DNA of 45,488 nucleotides from Basidioascus undulatus (lineage: Eukaryota): positions 1 through 45,488 of the forward strand of contig JTLS01000023.1 in the NCBI GenBank assembly GCA_000826855.1. Reading direction: 5' to 3'. Each line of letters begins with the position of its first letter. Within the stretch, counting starts at the first letter, position 1. This document shows, one piece after another, positions 1 through 15,472 of the stretch. Below the pieces are notes generated by a model. That model was not told where the DNA came from, did not search any database, and was given only the letters and a program-made list of their open reading frames with translations. Both the position numbers and the translations under genes were made by a program.

Positions 1-527
1 CTGCGCAACACACCCCGCCGCACCACGTCAGCCACCGGGCGTGATGAGGGCGATGGGATGAAGGAGGGGTGGAGCGGGAGGAAGAGCCCGGGGGGCGTGC
101 TGCTTGGGAGGGGGGCCTGCGCGGAGGAGGGAGATCAGAAGGTCGTAGAGGGAGAGCAGGGAGAAGAGGATGGTAGAGATGGACGCACGGGTGGTGAGGG
201 AGCAGGACAAGGCGAGGGCTGAACGACCTGCACGATATCATCCTGGACGGCCTCGATCCACTCGGCCCACATCGTCACGCTCCCGTCGTCCCCTCCCACC
301 GCCGACACCGGACCATCCACGCCCATCCCGTACTCTCCCGATGGGGCGAGGAAGTCGATCTGGTCCGTGGAGAACAGCGGCGGGGGGGTGGGGCTGCGGG
401 CTGGCACATTGACGCCGCTCCCGCCGCCGCCGCCGGTGAGGAGGAGGGGGTCGGGCGCGGGGGAAGCGCGGAGGGAGAGGTCGAGCGGGAGAGCGGCGTA
501 GGACGGGGTGCGGGTGAGGGTCGCCAT
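1..527 (-). CDS. 5' part of a hypothetical Pro/Ser-rich protein gene that continues off the left edge of the window
   Basis: ATG at 527 (MATLTRTPSYAALPLDLSL...). Intron 117-188 (GTGCGT...CTGAT...GCAG) removes the TGA at 135 and gives an open frame APLPSSTPPGLFLPLHPSF...VVRRGVLR to the window edge. Confidence 0.55.
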
Positions 528-3164
528 GTGCGTAACTAGGCCGCAAGGCGATAAGCGACTGCGCTTGCGATTAGGGGGGTGCGTGAGGGTGTGGCGTGTT
601 GTCGGCGGGCCGGGTACCCAGAGTGCGCTCGAGAAAAAGATGACTCGAGGAGTAGAGGACGCGACGAGGACGCGACTGGCGGGTATATTGTCGTGCACTG
701 AATATCTGTATTTGATCGGATAATAAGGTGCACCGCGGATGTGCAGCGTGAGGTGTCGGGATCGGGACTTGAGTTGAATGTGGGGCGGAGTCAAGGCGCG
801 GCGGCCAGCGCGGCCCTGATCGTTCGCTCATTGGTCGGGTGCCTGGCTGCGTCCCACTTCCTGGTGCTACACGGCTGCCACTTTCTTTTACATTTCGTAA
901 TTACCTTTCCTGGGTACGGCACAAGTTATGATGCGGACGGCCAGTGGGACCAGTGGGTGCAAGGGAAAGAACGACAGTCTGGGCGATGATGAGTCTCCAA
1001 TTCCCGATGGCTGTCAACCTCCTCCGGCAGTGAATCCAGGCTTAGCCGCGTTCTATCGTAACCGCAAGTTACTTTGAACATTCATTTTCGGCTTCGAGCA
1101 CCTTGACGACACGAGTGTTTAACTTACCTAGGGCATAACATGCATCCTCCTAGAAAAGGCAGCCTGTCCCCTTAATTGCTTCCCCTGTCGAACAACACCA
1201 ACGTTCTCTGGATCATGCAGACAACCTCATTGCCTTCTTGAAGCCATGCATCACCCTTTGCATCCTTTTACAAAAAGAGTACCTGGTCTCATACTGAAGA
1301 CATACCTGTTTTCGGACGGCGCGTCGTGCGACTGCGACCTGAGCTCTCCCTTGCATCCGCAGCAGAGTCCACATGCATGGAACGGCCGCTTCCTCCTAGT
1401 ATTCGAGGCGCGAATAATTTAGAATCTTTATATGGACCTCCGTAAATTATTGACCGAATAGGAACGGACATTCTGACGTCTTCCTGTTGCTTCTCATCAC
1501 CGCCTCAGGATAGCAGCGCTCAGGTCCTGGACGAGGTCCACATGCGACGTTGCCCTCACACGCCTTTCGTTGCTTTGTTTCACAACCAATTGTACGGAGC
1601 CTTGCAATTTACATCCTCATGCTTTCTTCTCTTTAAGAGTCCGTTTCCTCTTGGGAAAGGGGAGACCGATGCAGGGTCAGCAGAAGTATTTTCGAAAGCT
1701 GAAACGCCGAACGCTCTGCTGACCCAGCTCGTCCACGTCCACCAACCTGAGCACAGCTTTGCTCCCTGACCCCATCTTAATCGCCTCCCTCTTTAAGGCC
1801 TTCACCCCCAGGGTAGAAGCGCATCCCGGCTATGAGGCGATTAGAGACCGCTCTGGTACGCGCGGTAGGAGCGCAGACGGCACAGCAATCCCTCTGCCTT
1901 CCTGCCTGCGCAGGGGTCATGGGTAGGCGCTCGTTCCCCTACACAGCCGCCGTGGTCAATTTGGAGCCAAAGCCAGCTAGAGCGAGCGTCGTTCTGCACA
2001 GGCAAGTGGTCTTGAGGCCTGTGGCTTGTTGAGGGTGCTTGATGTCAATCTTACGTGTGCGTGAGGGGGATATATTGGGACCATGGCCATCGGCACTGGC
2101 AAATGGCCATGTCCAGATCCCCTCACTTCAGGTGGATATGTCACTCAAGAAATTGGTATAGAGAGCGCCCTGTCACAGCCGTTGCAGTCGGTGTTGCTGG
2201 AGTTGGGCGCGAGTGAGTGAGAAGCTGCAGCTGTGGGATGTGGATGTGGAAAAGGAGAGAGCGGCTGGGACGTTCCTTTTTTATCCTTCGAGGGCACCTT
2301 AGCGGGGTCAAAGGCTTCTTTGGAATGCTGGTGACGAGAGCGAAGCTGGTGAGACTTCACATCCGGATTCGGGTCAGAGTCCCCTTCCGGGCACACATGG
2401 ACTCATTGCCTCTGCAAATGTGCCAATTGCGTACAACGAAATGCGCACCTTCGTCTGAGGGCGAGAAAAATACGAGTCTGTTTATAACGTAGCTCTTACG
2501 CAGGTATTCTGATTGTACCTCCTTGATCTGAGACGTTTTCCACGCGGAACTAACCCCTGTTGTTGAACTGCACGACTGTCGAATTGCCTATTTAGAGCTT
2601 ATGAGTTTGAAAAGGAAGGCTGTTTTTGGGAAATGTGCAGTATTCATATCTTCTCCAGCCCCTCGTCTATGAAACGGGGTCCAGTGCGAGCTCAGTGGGC
2701 TGCGAAGGGCGAGCCTATGGAAAAACCAGCAATGGAATTGCAAGATTCAGATTTTCACGTAGGTTGTGGGTTAATTAATTAAGGTCCAAGGTCGTAGACG
2801 ATCCTATCAGTCTGGGCGGTCGACACAGGCAAAGGCCGAGCGAAAGGCATGCTGAACAATCTGAACGCTGCATAAACGCACAAGGCGTGTAATAGCAAGG
2901 CAGTCATAATTGAAACTCCATGGCTTAAACCAGGACAGGCCGTTTGACTCATATTAACTTTGCTTGATGCGCATTGCGCAAGGGGACATGCCCGCAAGCG
3001 GGGCTCCCATGCAGCGGGGACAGCGGCTTCAAGCACACGCCCCAACATGCCGTCTGGCGCGATCCCCGACATACATGAGCGGCCACCGATTACAACAAAC
3101 CCCCTTGTCCTCTCTCTCTTTTACCACTCCCACTTCACGCTCCAAACTTTTATTCAAAAAGTGA

Positions 3165-4330
3165 TACGCTCCCTCAGGCCCTTGGTCGCCTATCCTGGCT
3201 TTCGCACTCGCTCGTGACGACCCAGACCCGACTGTCCAGGCGGGCGTGTCAAGGATAGGAATTCCGCTCGTTTGCAAGAGATGGAAGGTGAGTATAGCTT
3301 GCTCATTGCACATTTCAAGGACATTGCCACGCCTCTCATCTATCACGATGTCATCCTCGACACCTTCCAACAACTCATGTGCCTCGTCGTGCACACTCGT
3401 CAGGGAATCCTCGGGACTTCCCGGGGCCAGTACATCCACAACGTCACAGTACACGTTCTACGAGAGCAGCTGACAGTACCAGACCATCGTGATGCCGAAC
3501 TTCCTCGCCCTCGTCTAGTACACGCATCACCTCGAGCAGCTCGGTTTCGAAGCTTGGCAGGACAACGTCATTTCTCTGCACCCGAGTTCGAATTCGAAAT
3601 CGATCGATTAACACCTTTCGCAACGTTCGCAGCGCTGACGCCGAGCGCACCCACGCTGCGCGTTCTCGCGTTTCCGCGTCACAGTCGCCCGCGAGCTTCT
3701 CCTTGCCTTCCTGGACTCATATAAGTCCCTCGAGCTACTCGACGGGGCAAACGACACGCTGTGCATCCGCCTTATCCTACGCAGACTGGACTTGCCCAAG
3801 TTGCGCACCCTCTGCTGGACCACGTCTCACGACTATGCGGGTGCCTTCGCTCACGCTCTCTCGCATCTGCCTGCGCTGGAGTCTCTCGATTTTACTCTCA
3901 AAGATACCAGTCTTGACCTGCAAAGAATTTCGCACAAGCCGTTCTTCGCTCCCTTCGGTACTCAACTCAAGACGCTGCACCTTTCGGAACACTTGGCGCA
4001 GCCGATATACTTATCGTCCCTTCTGGACCTGTGCCCCAAACTCGAAGAGCTCTACGTGATTCCACTGGGCAATTCGTACTCGTGCTCTTCCTCCCTCCAT
4101 CACCCGACTTCGCTGCATCGAGATTCGGTCCGAAAGCCTGCATCTTCCCATCGCCGTATTTCTGCAGGCCTTTAGCCGGCGCAGGCTTCCCAAGGTCGAG
4201 AAGGTCGTCTTGGGAACATACAACGTCAAGGCGTTGAGGGAAACAACTGCAGAGCACGCTGATGATGTTGGCCGCGAGATGGTTGTAGGATTTCGAGGCT
4301 GTTTCGGATTGCGGGCCGAATGAGCTTCTT
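3165..4330 (+). pseudogene. Decayed F-box-like/LRR-like protein gene
   Basis: Fungal F-box-like signature WSPILAFAL...IPLVCKRWK|DIATPLIYHDVIL across a short GTGAGT...AAG intron (3288-3319). LRR-like segments LPKLRTL, LPALESL, LKTLHL, CPKLEEL. In-frame stops TGA 3471 and TAG 3516, plus several frame changes. Boundaries approximate. Confidence 0.6.
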
Positions 4331-4805
4331 CCTGGAAGGCGGACTGGACGACACGCCCCCGGTACCGATCGAACGAGTGATTGACTGGCGGGGCCGTCTC
4401 CTGTAAACCTCAACCGTTTGCTTCAAATTACGGTACATGTGTGATTTGATTGCGTTACTGGTATCGCTGAGTGTGGCGAGGATCAACGACTTGGACGCAT
4501 TGTAAATGGGTGGACCTGCCGCTGCCTCCATCATGCAGTCTCACCGAACCTCTTGACGAAGGGCCGCAATTCTCCACCCGCCCGACTTGGCCTCGCTAAC
4601 CCATGCTTCCAAAGAGTTACAGTACTCGCTCCTCCGCAGAGCGATCCAGGGCCCGATCAACACCCCACAAGCACACGTTCACACATCAGACTGTCCCTTC
4701 ACATGCTATGAATTGTTCTCAACTCAAAACACTTTGGCTTTGGCCTTCATTTCACCTCGATAGCCCTTGAATTTGTTTCAAGGGACCCGACTGCGATGCA
4801 TACCC

Positions 4806-6713
<1,908 letters not shown>

Positions 6714-6831
6714 TGCGTTAAGAGTAGCTTGAGGGGGTAAGGATTTGAATACGGGCGCTGGTTCTGGGGCAAGAGATGAACTGCGAGAGTGACGGGGGAA
6801 GGGAAAACTGCAGGCGCTGGCACTGGTCGCC

Positions 6832-6837
6832 TTTATA
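6832..6837 (-). promoter_or_regulatory. Putative TATA box of THI4
   Basis: TATAAA on the minus strand about 120 nt upstream of the THI4 ATG. Confidence 0.5.
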
Positions 6838-7919
6838 GCTCAAGCTCCAATACATGTACTACTCTACTACAACCCTAAGTTCTGTGTGACTCCGTGTGAA
6901 AAAGGTGGGGATCCGCAATTGCACCGCGGCTTTACGCAGCTCGTGGCTCGATCGGGCGACGGGCGACATGAAGTTGGTGCCGAGCCCCGAAGGCATGTTG
7001 TCAGGATCACCGCCTTTGCATTCCGCTGCACCCCTTCAGCGCACAATGCGATTTGCGCGGATAGAGAGCAAGTCTGAGATAAAATTCCATCCCGACTTTT
7101 CATCCTTTCTTGTTGTCCCACATGGTTCAACTGGAGGAAGAGGTGCGGAAGGGGAGCATCTTGCCCATTGCGGTCGTGGTCCGGCCGCTGAGTCTTGACT
7201 CCCGACGCGTCCACATGCAGCTGTCAAGCCTCAAGCGCTGTTCTTCATATTACCCACATCACTCTCGCTCCCAATCCCCAACGAACTGTAGACTCCAAAA
7301 AGGAGCAGAATGTCGTTCCCGAAACTGCAGAGGCAGCCAACACTTCTTGGCCACGGAGCGCCGAGGAGCGGGAGCAAACTGGGTTTGCATCTCTTGGTCC
7401 GCGGCGCTTGTAGGCCGAAAGGCTGCGACAATTTGAAGTTGACCAGAAGCGAAACTTTGCTGAGAAAAGAAGATCGATATGTTGTGTAAGTCCATGGTGC
7501 CCTTCACAACCCCACAGTTCGACTTGCTTCCAGCGATATCTTGTATTCAGGAGTCGGGTTGAACGAAAAGGGGAACCTGCAAACCCACACTCGCGAACGC
7601 GAAAGAAGAGCGGCACGGAGATCGACGTGTATGGGTACTAACAAGCAGGGAATACGTATGCAGTAGCAGCAAGCAGATGAAACAAGCAGTGAAAGATTGT
7701 GAGGGGTATGCAGGGTGGCGGAAGAGGGGACAAAAAGAAATGCGAGAGGCAGCGGCAGAATAACGTATTGGGGAGGATGAGACGAGGTATAAGCAGACGC
7801 TGGCCACTAAAGGCAGTAGCGCGAAGTTAATGAGAGTGTTCGGGTGTGACATGATTACGAAGGAATGGAACGAGGGAGAGAGTGAGAAGTGAGGGGGAGT
7901 GGTTGGTGGAGGCCAGGGC

Positions 7920-10900
7920 TCAGTCCTGAATTCGACGACTCGTGAGCAGATGGGAATGAGAAAGCGATGTGAGCACACTTACATAGACAGGAAGGGGTAG
8001 TAGGTGGTCAGAGTTGAAGAGGAAGTTCCTAACGAGGAGTGGCGTGGGTTCCAGTCAGCTCATACTCGTATGTCCTGGCGAGCAGCTGTGCGTACCCATG
8101 CATGTCTTCCGCTTCGAGGAAACGACTGCAAAGAAGACATTGTTAGCTCTGCGTCAAACGCCGCTCGCGAAAGAAACGTACGTCGGGTAAATGACTGGAT
8201 AACCGGGAGAGCAATGTCAGCCCCGTCCGGTTCAACGCAACCGTCGAATGACAACGTACCCAGATGACCCCTCAGCTCCTGCAGAAGCGCCTCCATCTGC
8301 TCTCGCTCCCACTTGGTGAAGCCAGCGTCGGCGGGACTCGACTTTCCGCCCGGACCACGCTTGCTCGTGCTCGCGGAGCGCTGCGGAGACTTGTCCTCGG
8401 CGAGACCTTGTCCGACGACGCCGCCTCCGGAACCGCCGCCACCAGCGGAGGTTGAGCCGGGGCCTTCGCGGATGTTGGCGGGTGGCTCGTGCAGGCCATC
8501 GGGGGCAATGTCATGCGGCGGACGATTGAACTTCTCCTGGTACGTGACGTACTCCTTGTACTGCCGCCACGTCGTAACAAGGTCTGGGAAGAGAAAGACT
8601 TAACGCGAATGATCGAGAGTTGCGGATACATGCCTGGATCTACCGTCTGGTACGCAGTGGAAGACCTTGCGGAAGATCTCGGTCTGCCGGCATTGAGCTA
8701 GGGGTTAGCCAGCTGTAGTGGAGTCGCAGCAGAAGCGCAGGCTCAGAAACGAACGTTGTATACGGCGGACGCCATCCACACGTCCTTGTAGAACTCGTCG
8801 CAGACAGGGTCCTGGAAGCCGTGCGGGTCAACAGTGGGGCCCGGAACGGGCATCGTCCAGTTGCTGCCCGCGCCCCGCATGCTCGCGTTCTTGCGGAGCG
8901 CGCTGCGGGTATGTTCGCGACCGCTCGTGTCGCCGCTGCTGGATGCGTCTGAAAAGGCGCGGTTGCGGCCGGTCATGCCGTTCGCGGACGAAGATGACGA
9001 CAGCTGGCGGGAACGGAAGGAGCTGGCAGGCTTGAGCGTTGCGCCCGCCTTGTCCGACGCGGCCGCGTCGTGGCCGTTCGGGACGTTGGGCTCCGTCTCG
9101 GCGACTGGACTGAGACGGGGCTCGGGGTCAGGACGTCCGTCGGAGCGGCCACGTGCGTCGCCCTTGTCGTCGAGGTTCTCAGAGCGGCCTTTCTCGCGGA
9201 TGATCTTCTCCTCGAGCGTCTCGACTTTGTCGGAAGAGAAACCCGGCTTGCCGTCCTCCTCCTTCACCTCCTCGATGTCTGCCTCAGTCCCTTTGCCCTG
9301 CGTGCGGAACGCCGTCTGGGTCGCCCCTTCCGCCTGTCGCGCGAACTGCTGCGCGCGAACGTGCAGCGACGTGACGCCGGAATCCATACCGCCCTCGTCT
9401 TTCACTATAAAGGATACCTCGCACATTAACCCTGGACTGTAATTGAATGAGTTTCCAGTCCAAGAGACTCACGGTTGCGGACGCCCTTGTTCACTGCTTT
9501 CCCGGCACGCTCGGTCGGGGAACTGCTTCGGACGACTCCGCCGTCGCCGCCAGTCGCTTGCTCGTTGTCGGGGTCCCAGACAGGTCCGCTGTTCTCCTCG
9601 ATGCCGTGGTGCTCCGCGTCTTCCGGCGCCGGCCACGGGGTACGCTCTGCATCCTCCCTCGCCACGTCGTCGCGCTCGGTCTTGCGCAGATCCTCGGCGG
9701 CCATGTCGTCGACGTCGATACCGAGATGCTCGCGCATGAGGCGCACGCGGAAGGTGTGGTTGAAGCGGCCGACCTTGTAAGGCTTGCCGCCCATGCGGCT
9801 ATACAGGGGTTCGGGTCAGCGGCACCATCGAAGTTCGGGCGAACAAAGCGTCGCACCTGTCGATCATGTCGGTGTCGCGAATGATGCTGGCAAGCTCCGA
9901 GTCGCGATCTCCGCGCTGCGAGCGCTCGTTGATGTTGGCGGAACTACGCGAATGATTCTGTCAGCGAACGTCCCTTCGAAACTTCGCGTCACCCACCCGA
10001 TGATGGTAAGCCTGTCGTCGACGGTCATCGTCTTGGCGTGGATGTAGCTGCAAACGGCGTCAGCAATCACTCTCATTTCTTCTGCAAAACGGGAAGACTC
10101 ACAGTTGCTCGGTCGTCAAGACGTCGTTCTTGAGCTTGCCCCAAGAGCGCAAGCAGAAGAACGAGATGTACTCGTCCGGGTCGATGCCCTCCTTGCGGAG
10201 GCGGGCGAAGATTGAGTGCGCCCCGCGGCAGATGCTCTTGTTCTGGCAGTCCATGATCATGCGCACGCTGCTCGCCTCGGCGTGGTCGATGGGGTACGTG
10301 TAGCCGGGAAGGAGCGGGATGACGATGACCGCGCGCCACTGCGTCCCCTCGTGGTAGGCGCGGATGATGCGGTTGACGAGCGCGTCGCCGATCTGGTTCT
10401 CGATCACTGTGGTGTCAACGACGGTGCTGCAATGCTCGTTCAGTAATAGTGCGAAATGACAACGTTCGACTGGCTTTACCTCGTGATGAAGAACTACAGA
10501 TGGCTTGAGCGTCAGCGCGGTAGTGGTCACGGACGAGTACTGTGAACGCACCTGGTTCTCAATGTACACGAAATGCTCGGAGAGCTGGATAGCTACGGAT
10601 CGGAAAGCGGTTCAGTCAACATATTCACAAGAACGAAGCGGAGACAGCGAGGCTTACCCTTCAGATAAGCGTTCTGGATCGAGTGCTCGATCTTGTTAGG
10701 GGTGCCGATCGACCACGGCCCGCACGACCTGCAGATCTGGAGCTCGCACGTGCCGACCATCCGCTCGCGCTCGAGCTCCTCCGGCGTCAGGTCGGCGGGC
10801 GGAAGCAAGAACGGAAGCTCGCGGGTGTGGTGCTGTGTTTCCCCTAGTCAGCTTCAAACCCCGGCCCGCTCAGAAGAGAGAGAACAAGCGCACCTTCGTC

Positions 10901-13900
10901 CGCACAAGGAAGTTCCAGCGCTGGACAAAGTGACGCGAGAGGTCACGAGCCGGTTGGCCTATGATCTGCATCGCGACGTCGTGCCTGTGGCGCTCCCAGT
11001 CAGTCTCTCACGTCGACGGGAGGAACGCTGCGCGAAGTCAGACACACCAGGGCATACGCGGGACCTTCTCGCGATCGTACATGTCCTGCTCGGGCTTATT
11101 GAGCGTGTGGAAGTCGAGGACGCCTGCATTCGCAAGCGTGTCAGAAGAGGACCGGACGCTGGTTGAACAATCGGAACAGCCCACGTACGAGGATTCGAAT
11201 AGTCCTTTCCAGGCCAGATGAAGTCGGACGAGCCACCCTGCTCGCCCACGCTTTCGTCCTCTCCGCCGTCGTCGACGCACGCGTGCTGCGGCGTGTCCCA
11301 GCGCCCGAAGCACAAGTCCAGGCCACCCATGAACGCGATCGTCTGGTCGATGACGCAGAGCTTCTCGTGGTGGGAATAGTAGAACTGGTTGAGAGCTACT
11401 GTCAGCACGAGACTCATAACCTTCGAGGCTGGGGGACGCACCACTCCGGTGGAGATGTGAGAGGGCGAGCGTTGAACCTGTTGTACGAGAGGATCAGCTT
11501 GATGCGCAACAACTCGGCATCGGCATGTGCCTGACCATGATGTTCGGATGCAGACTGCGCAGCTTCTGCTTCGTGTAGCTGCCGTCATCGAGTCAGCTAT
11601 GCTCTTCCGCACAAGGCCAAATGACAGCCCGTACTTGCTGTCCGTCGGCGTGAAGTCGTTCGACACCTCGCGGCTGTTTCACGCCAGGTAAGTAAGCCAA
11701 TGGTGTTTGAACAAAAGTTTAAGTGGCGCTGCTCACTAGACGATCACGTATATCTTAACCCCCTCCTGCGCCTTGCGCTGGAGCAGGTTGTCAAGCCTCC
11801 ATTTCGGTTGTCCCGGCCGGCGGAGTTGCTGTGCGTGTCCCGGCTCAGCATCAAGATGAGTGATTAGGTAACCGGTCCAGCTCACCAGCTCGGGAGAGAG
11901 CCACCAGTCGTGTCTGCAAGGTCGGCCGCGTCAGCAGCAAGACAGCAGCAGTAACACTTCACGCAAAACGAACATGTATATCCGGTCCTAACCGATGCAC
12001 AACGTATCAGCCAACAGCGCAGGGTTCCAGTGCGGTAAGACGAGCGTACCCGAGCCATAGCGACCGCCTTGCTCAGTTGCCAGAAGTAGTCGCGCTACGT
12101 CGCACCACTCGTCAGCTTGCCGGAGCTCAACAGTCGGGTAATGGGGGTAATTGGAGGGCAGACATACGCCGTCCACGAGCCACTGCGCGGAGACCTGCAG
12201 CCGGATGGGCGCGAAGCTGTCGAACCTATTGCGGCCTGCCCAGATGCTGCGCTGCGCCATCGTAGTCATGGACTGGATGAACTGCTGCATCTGGCGCTAA
12301 CCGCTCCGCCCCATATCGATCAGCCCCTTTTGCTCCGTTCCCGTTCCCTTTCCCATCCCACCTCGCCGTCGCGCCGACGCACCTCGTTCTTCGCGACGAG
12401 CTTCAAGCGCCGCTCGGAGTTCTTGATGTAGAACGTGTGGGTGCTGACGTCCTTGGACTGCTTCTTGCCCGCCCGCGCGACGAGCGCCTGGCTCGGATCC
12501 GCCACGCCGTCCGCGGGCGTCTTGTCGCCCGTGCCCGGGGCCGGGCCCGCGCGGTCCTTCCCCTCCTGGCCATTCTTGAGCCCCGCCTCGTCGCCGTGGA
12601 ACGGCGCGCGGATGACGTTCACCGTCTGCTTGTAGTACCGCTTTGGACGCTCGATCTCAAAGTCGCTGTCGATCAGGAAGACGTCATAGGGCTCGATCTG
12701 TGTCCCGCCCGAATAACCGCACCGTCAGCGTACAGTCTCGAAAAGGAACGGAGAAAAGGCCAATGCACCTCATGCGCGTCCTCCGTGCAGACAAAGTAGC
12801 TGTCCTTGACGATCCACCACTTCGGCTCGCGCGCGCGCTTAAGCTTGACGCTGGGGACGAGCCCCGGCTGGGCGCTCGCGCGGGACGAGTTGTTGCTGTA
12901 GATGCGGAGGTAGCCGCCCTTGCCCTGCTGGCTGTCGGACGTCGCGAGGTGCACCGAGAGCGCCGAGAGCTCGAAGAACTTGCAGAGCCGGTTCGCGGAG
13001 GGCGAGAACATCTGCGGTGAGGTCGACCGTGTTTAGCTATGGGACAGGAGGACAGGAACGGACTATACATAGGGGTTTGCGTACCGTCGCACGGATGAGA
13101 TTGATCAGGTAGTCTTGGAGGGCATCGCGCTGGATACGCGCGAAGTCGGAGCGCCGCACGTCGGAGCCCTTCTCGCGGCCCTCGCGGCGAAGGAGGTTGA
13201 AGTAAGGAAGACCTGGGGTGGGGCTCGGGTATGAGCTGGGAACATTATGGTCCGCGCTCAGTAGTTACGTACTGGTCTTGGGGAACTCGGGGAGGCCCTC
13301 CACGCTGCGGAGAACGTTCGCGACGCGGAAGTGGGTATGCAGGGCTGTCATTCAGAAGTTCAGTGTTTACCCATCCAAGCCAGCGCGCATCGCCAGCGTA
13401 CAGACGAAATCGCGCAGCTCGCGGTAAATGACCCATCGGAGCAGCGAGTCGCCGTACTGGCACTGCAGGAGGTTCGCCTGTCAACCACACACGACCACCT
13501 CAGCTCCACGGGTGTGCGTGTAGGGAAACACACCTCTATCCGGAAAATGGCGTGTGTGTTGTGCAGCGGGTTGATGCTGTCGCTGACGCGGATTTTGAGG
13601 TGGTGGAGGAAGACGGGGATGCGGGGCAGGCCGTGCTCGTCGCGCTCGACGGCCATCTTGAGCATGATGACGGGGAGCATGCCGCTAATCCAGTCCGGGG
13701 TTGAGACATGTTAGGTCCTCTAGCCAGCCAAACAGGAGTCGTAACCAGGGAAAGCGGACGCACACCATGCACTCCTTAACAAGGTCCACGGCAGCGCCCG
13801 TCCTCGGCTGGATTTGCTTCGCGTTCCCGCTCAAGAGCTTGTGCTTGAGCGCCGCCCAGCGCTTGTGCCTGCCGTCCCCGCCCGGCGTGGGCGGGACGTT

Positions 13901-14749
13901 GGCGGCCGACGCGCGGGCGCTGGGGCCCGGCGCCGACTGGCGCCTGGAGGACTCCGCCGCCGAGGCGGCGGCAATGTTGGTGCCAGAATGGCGGCGACTG
14001 GGCGGCTGCGAGCGAGAGTTCGGTTGCTTGTTCTTGTCCTCCGCGGGCGGGTACGCGCGCCGCATGTCCTCCTCCGAGCGCGTGATCTTGCTGCCCTTGC
14101 CCTTCGTGCGTGGGAGGAAGCGTCTCGATCGGCGCCCGCCGCCCCCGCTGCGCTCGACCTCGTCCTCCCAGTCGTCCTCGCCCTCGCCCTCGCCTTCACT
14201 CGCGTGCGCTCTTTCCGCGCTGCCTGCGCGGGTGGAGTACACGCCCTGCATCTCGCGCTCGTTCGGGGTGAAGGCGTTCGCGAACGGGTCGTCGACCGTG
14301 CCGGACGTGGGGGTCCCCGGCATGTTCAGGAGCATCCGCGCGCGCGGGTTCGGGTGTTTGGAGGCTGACGGCGAGGTCGGGGAGGGCAGCGTCTGGCTTC
14401 GCTCGGGACGGGCGGGCGGGGAGAGCGGCCCGCCCAGCGCGGCGTAGCTCGTCGAGCGCGGGACGCCCGGGCTGCGCGGGCTGGTCGGGCTGGATGAGGG
14501 GTGGTCGTTGATCGGGGAGGATGGGGGGGAGTCGGTGAAGCGCGCGGTGGGGGAGAGCGGGGAGGAAGGGAGAGGGGAGGCCGGCGAGGTGGGGCTGCGG
14601 CGGTTGCCGTTGGCGATCGCGCTCCCGTTCGAATGCTCCCACGCGCGGGAGGAGTCGACGATGTCGCCGCTGTTTTGCTTCTTCTTGCCATGTTCGGCTT
14701 TGTGCTCCGCGTGCGCCTGGAGGGCGACGTCGGCGAGGGAGGAAGCCAT
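7920..14749 (-). CDS. SPO14: Phospholipase D1 (PX-PH-type PLD, many exons)
   Basis: Two HKD motifs: HHEKLCVIDQTIAFMGGLDL and YIHAKTMTVDDRLTIIG|SANINERSQRGDRDSELA. Also RFDSFAPIR, DWWLSPEL, RMPW|HDV, YIENQ|F, a PX/PH region (LCKFFELSAL, PKWWIVKDSY) and a low-complexity N-terminus. The C-terminus NFLFNSDHLLPLPVY|D* ends at 7920. Confidence 0.95.
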
Positions 14750-15472
14750 GCTGGATGGAGGTAGGGGAGGGAGTTTCAGCTCAGCGTCGAGCCAAGGTGA
14801 AACGCGTGCTCCAGATGCAAATGCTGCCCAGATGCAGCATGCACAAGAGCACAGTAGATGTGTTCATCAATGCCAGCTCGTATGTTGATCCTCAGGACAG
14901 ACTCGGTCGTGCTTGCAGCTGGAGGTCGGCAAGCAGTCCCGCCCAAGCTAGAGCAGGCCCATCTCTCGTTCTGCCCATGCCCAGCACCTCCCCAAACCGC
15001 CTATTTCAATATAATCAAGTGCACAACACTCACCTGTGATGCTTCTTCAGCCACTCCTTCTCCCGTCCGCAGCTATCCTGACCCGCCAAGATCCTCCCTA
15101 AGTCGTCGTATACGGCTGGGCAGCCGAGGTCCGGTCCGTCGTAATCGCCGTCGGATATCCCAGGGGTATACGCCGCCCGCTCTGGTCAGCTACGCGGGGC
15201 GGGGCGCTGCTGGGAATGGTGAGGATGGCCGCGCCGATGGTGAGCGCGATGGGTGAGAAGACGATGGGAGGGGTCAGTGGTGGAGAGTGTCAAGTCAACA
15301 CGCATCAGGGAAACGAGGCGAAGGGGCAGTCCGAACGGTAGACTATTATCGGCACGTGAACGTTACGTTTAGTTGTGTACGTGATCAGAGAGAGCATCGC
15401 AGCTTGCACTCTTCCCATCCATTCTCTCTTGGTTCCCTTCGCTTAATTCGATTGAAATGTGGTACATGAAGG

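Noticed and set aside
1000..2900. Short ORFs and coding-like fragments
   Set aside because: No consistent frame, splice pattern or recognisable motif. It may be an old relic but I cannot support that.
8834..14447. Long plus-strand ORFs opposite PLD (and similar ones at 19097-19930, 30463-31170, 32190-33065, 33458-34129)
   Set aside because: They are antisense shadows expected from high-GC codon usage of real minus-strand genes and carry no independent motifs.
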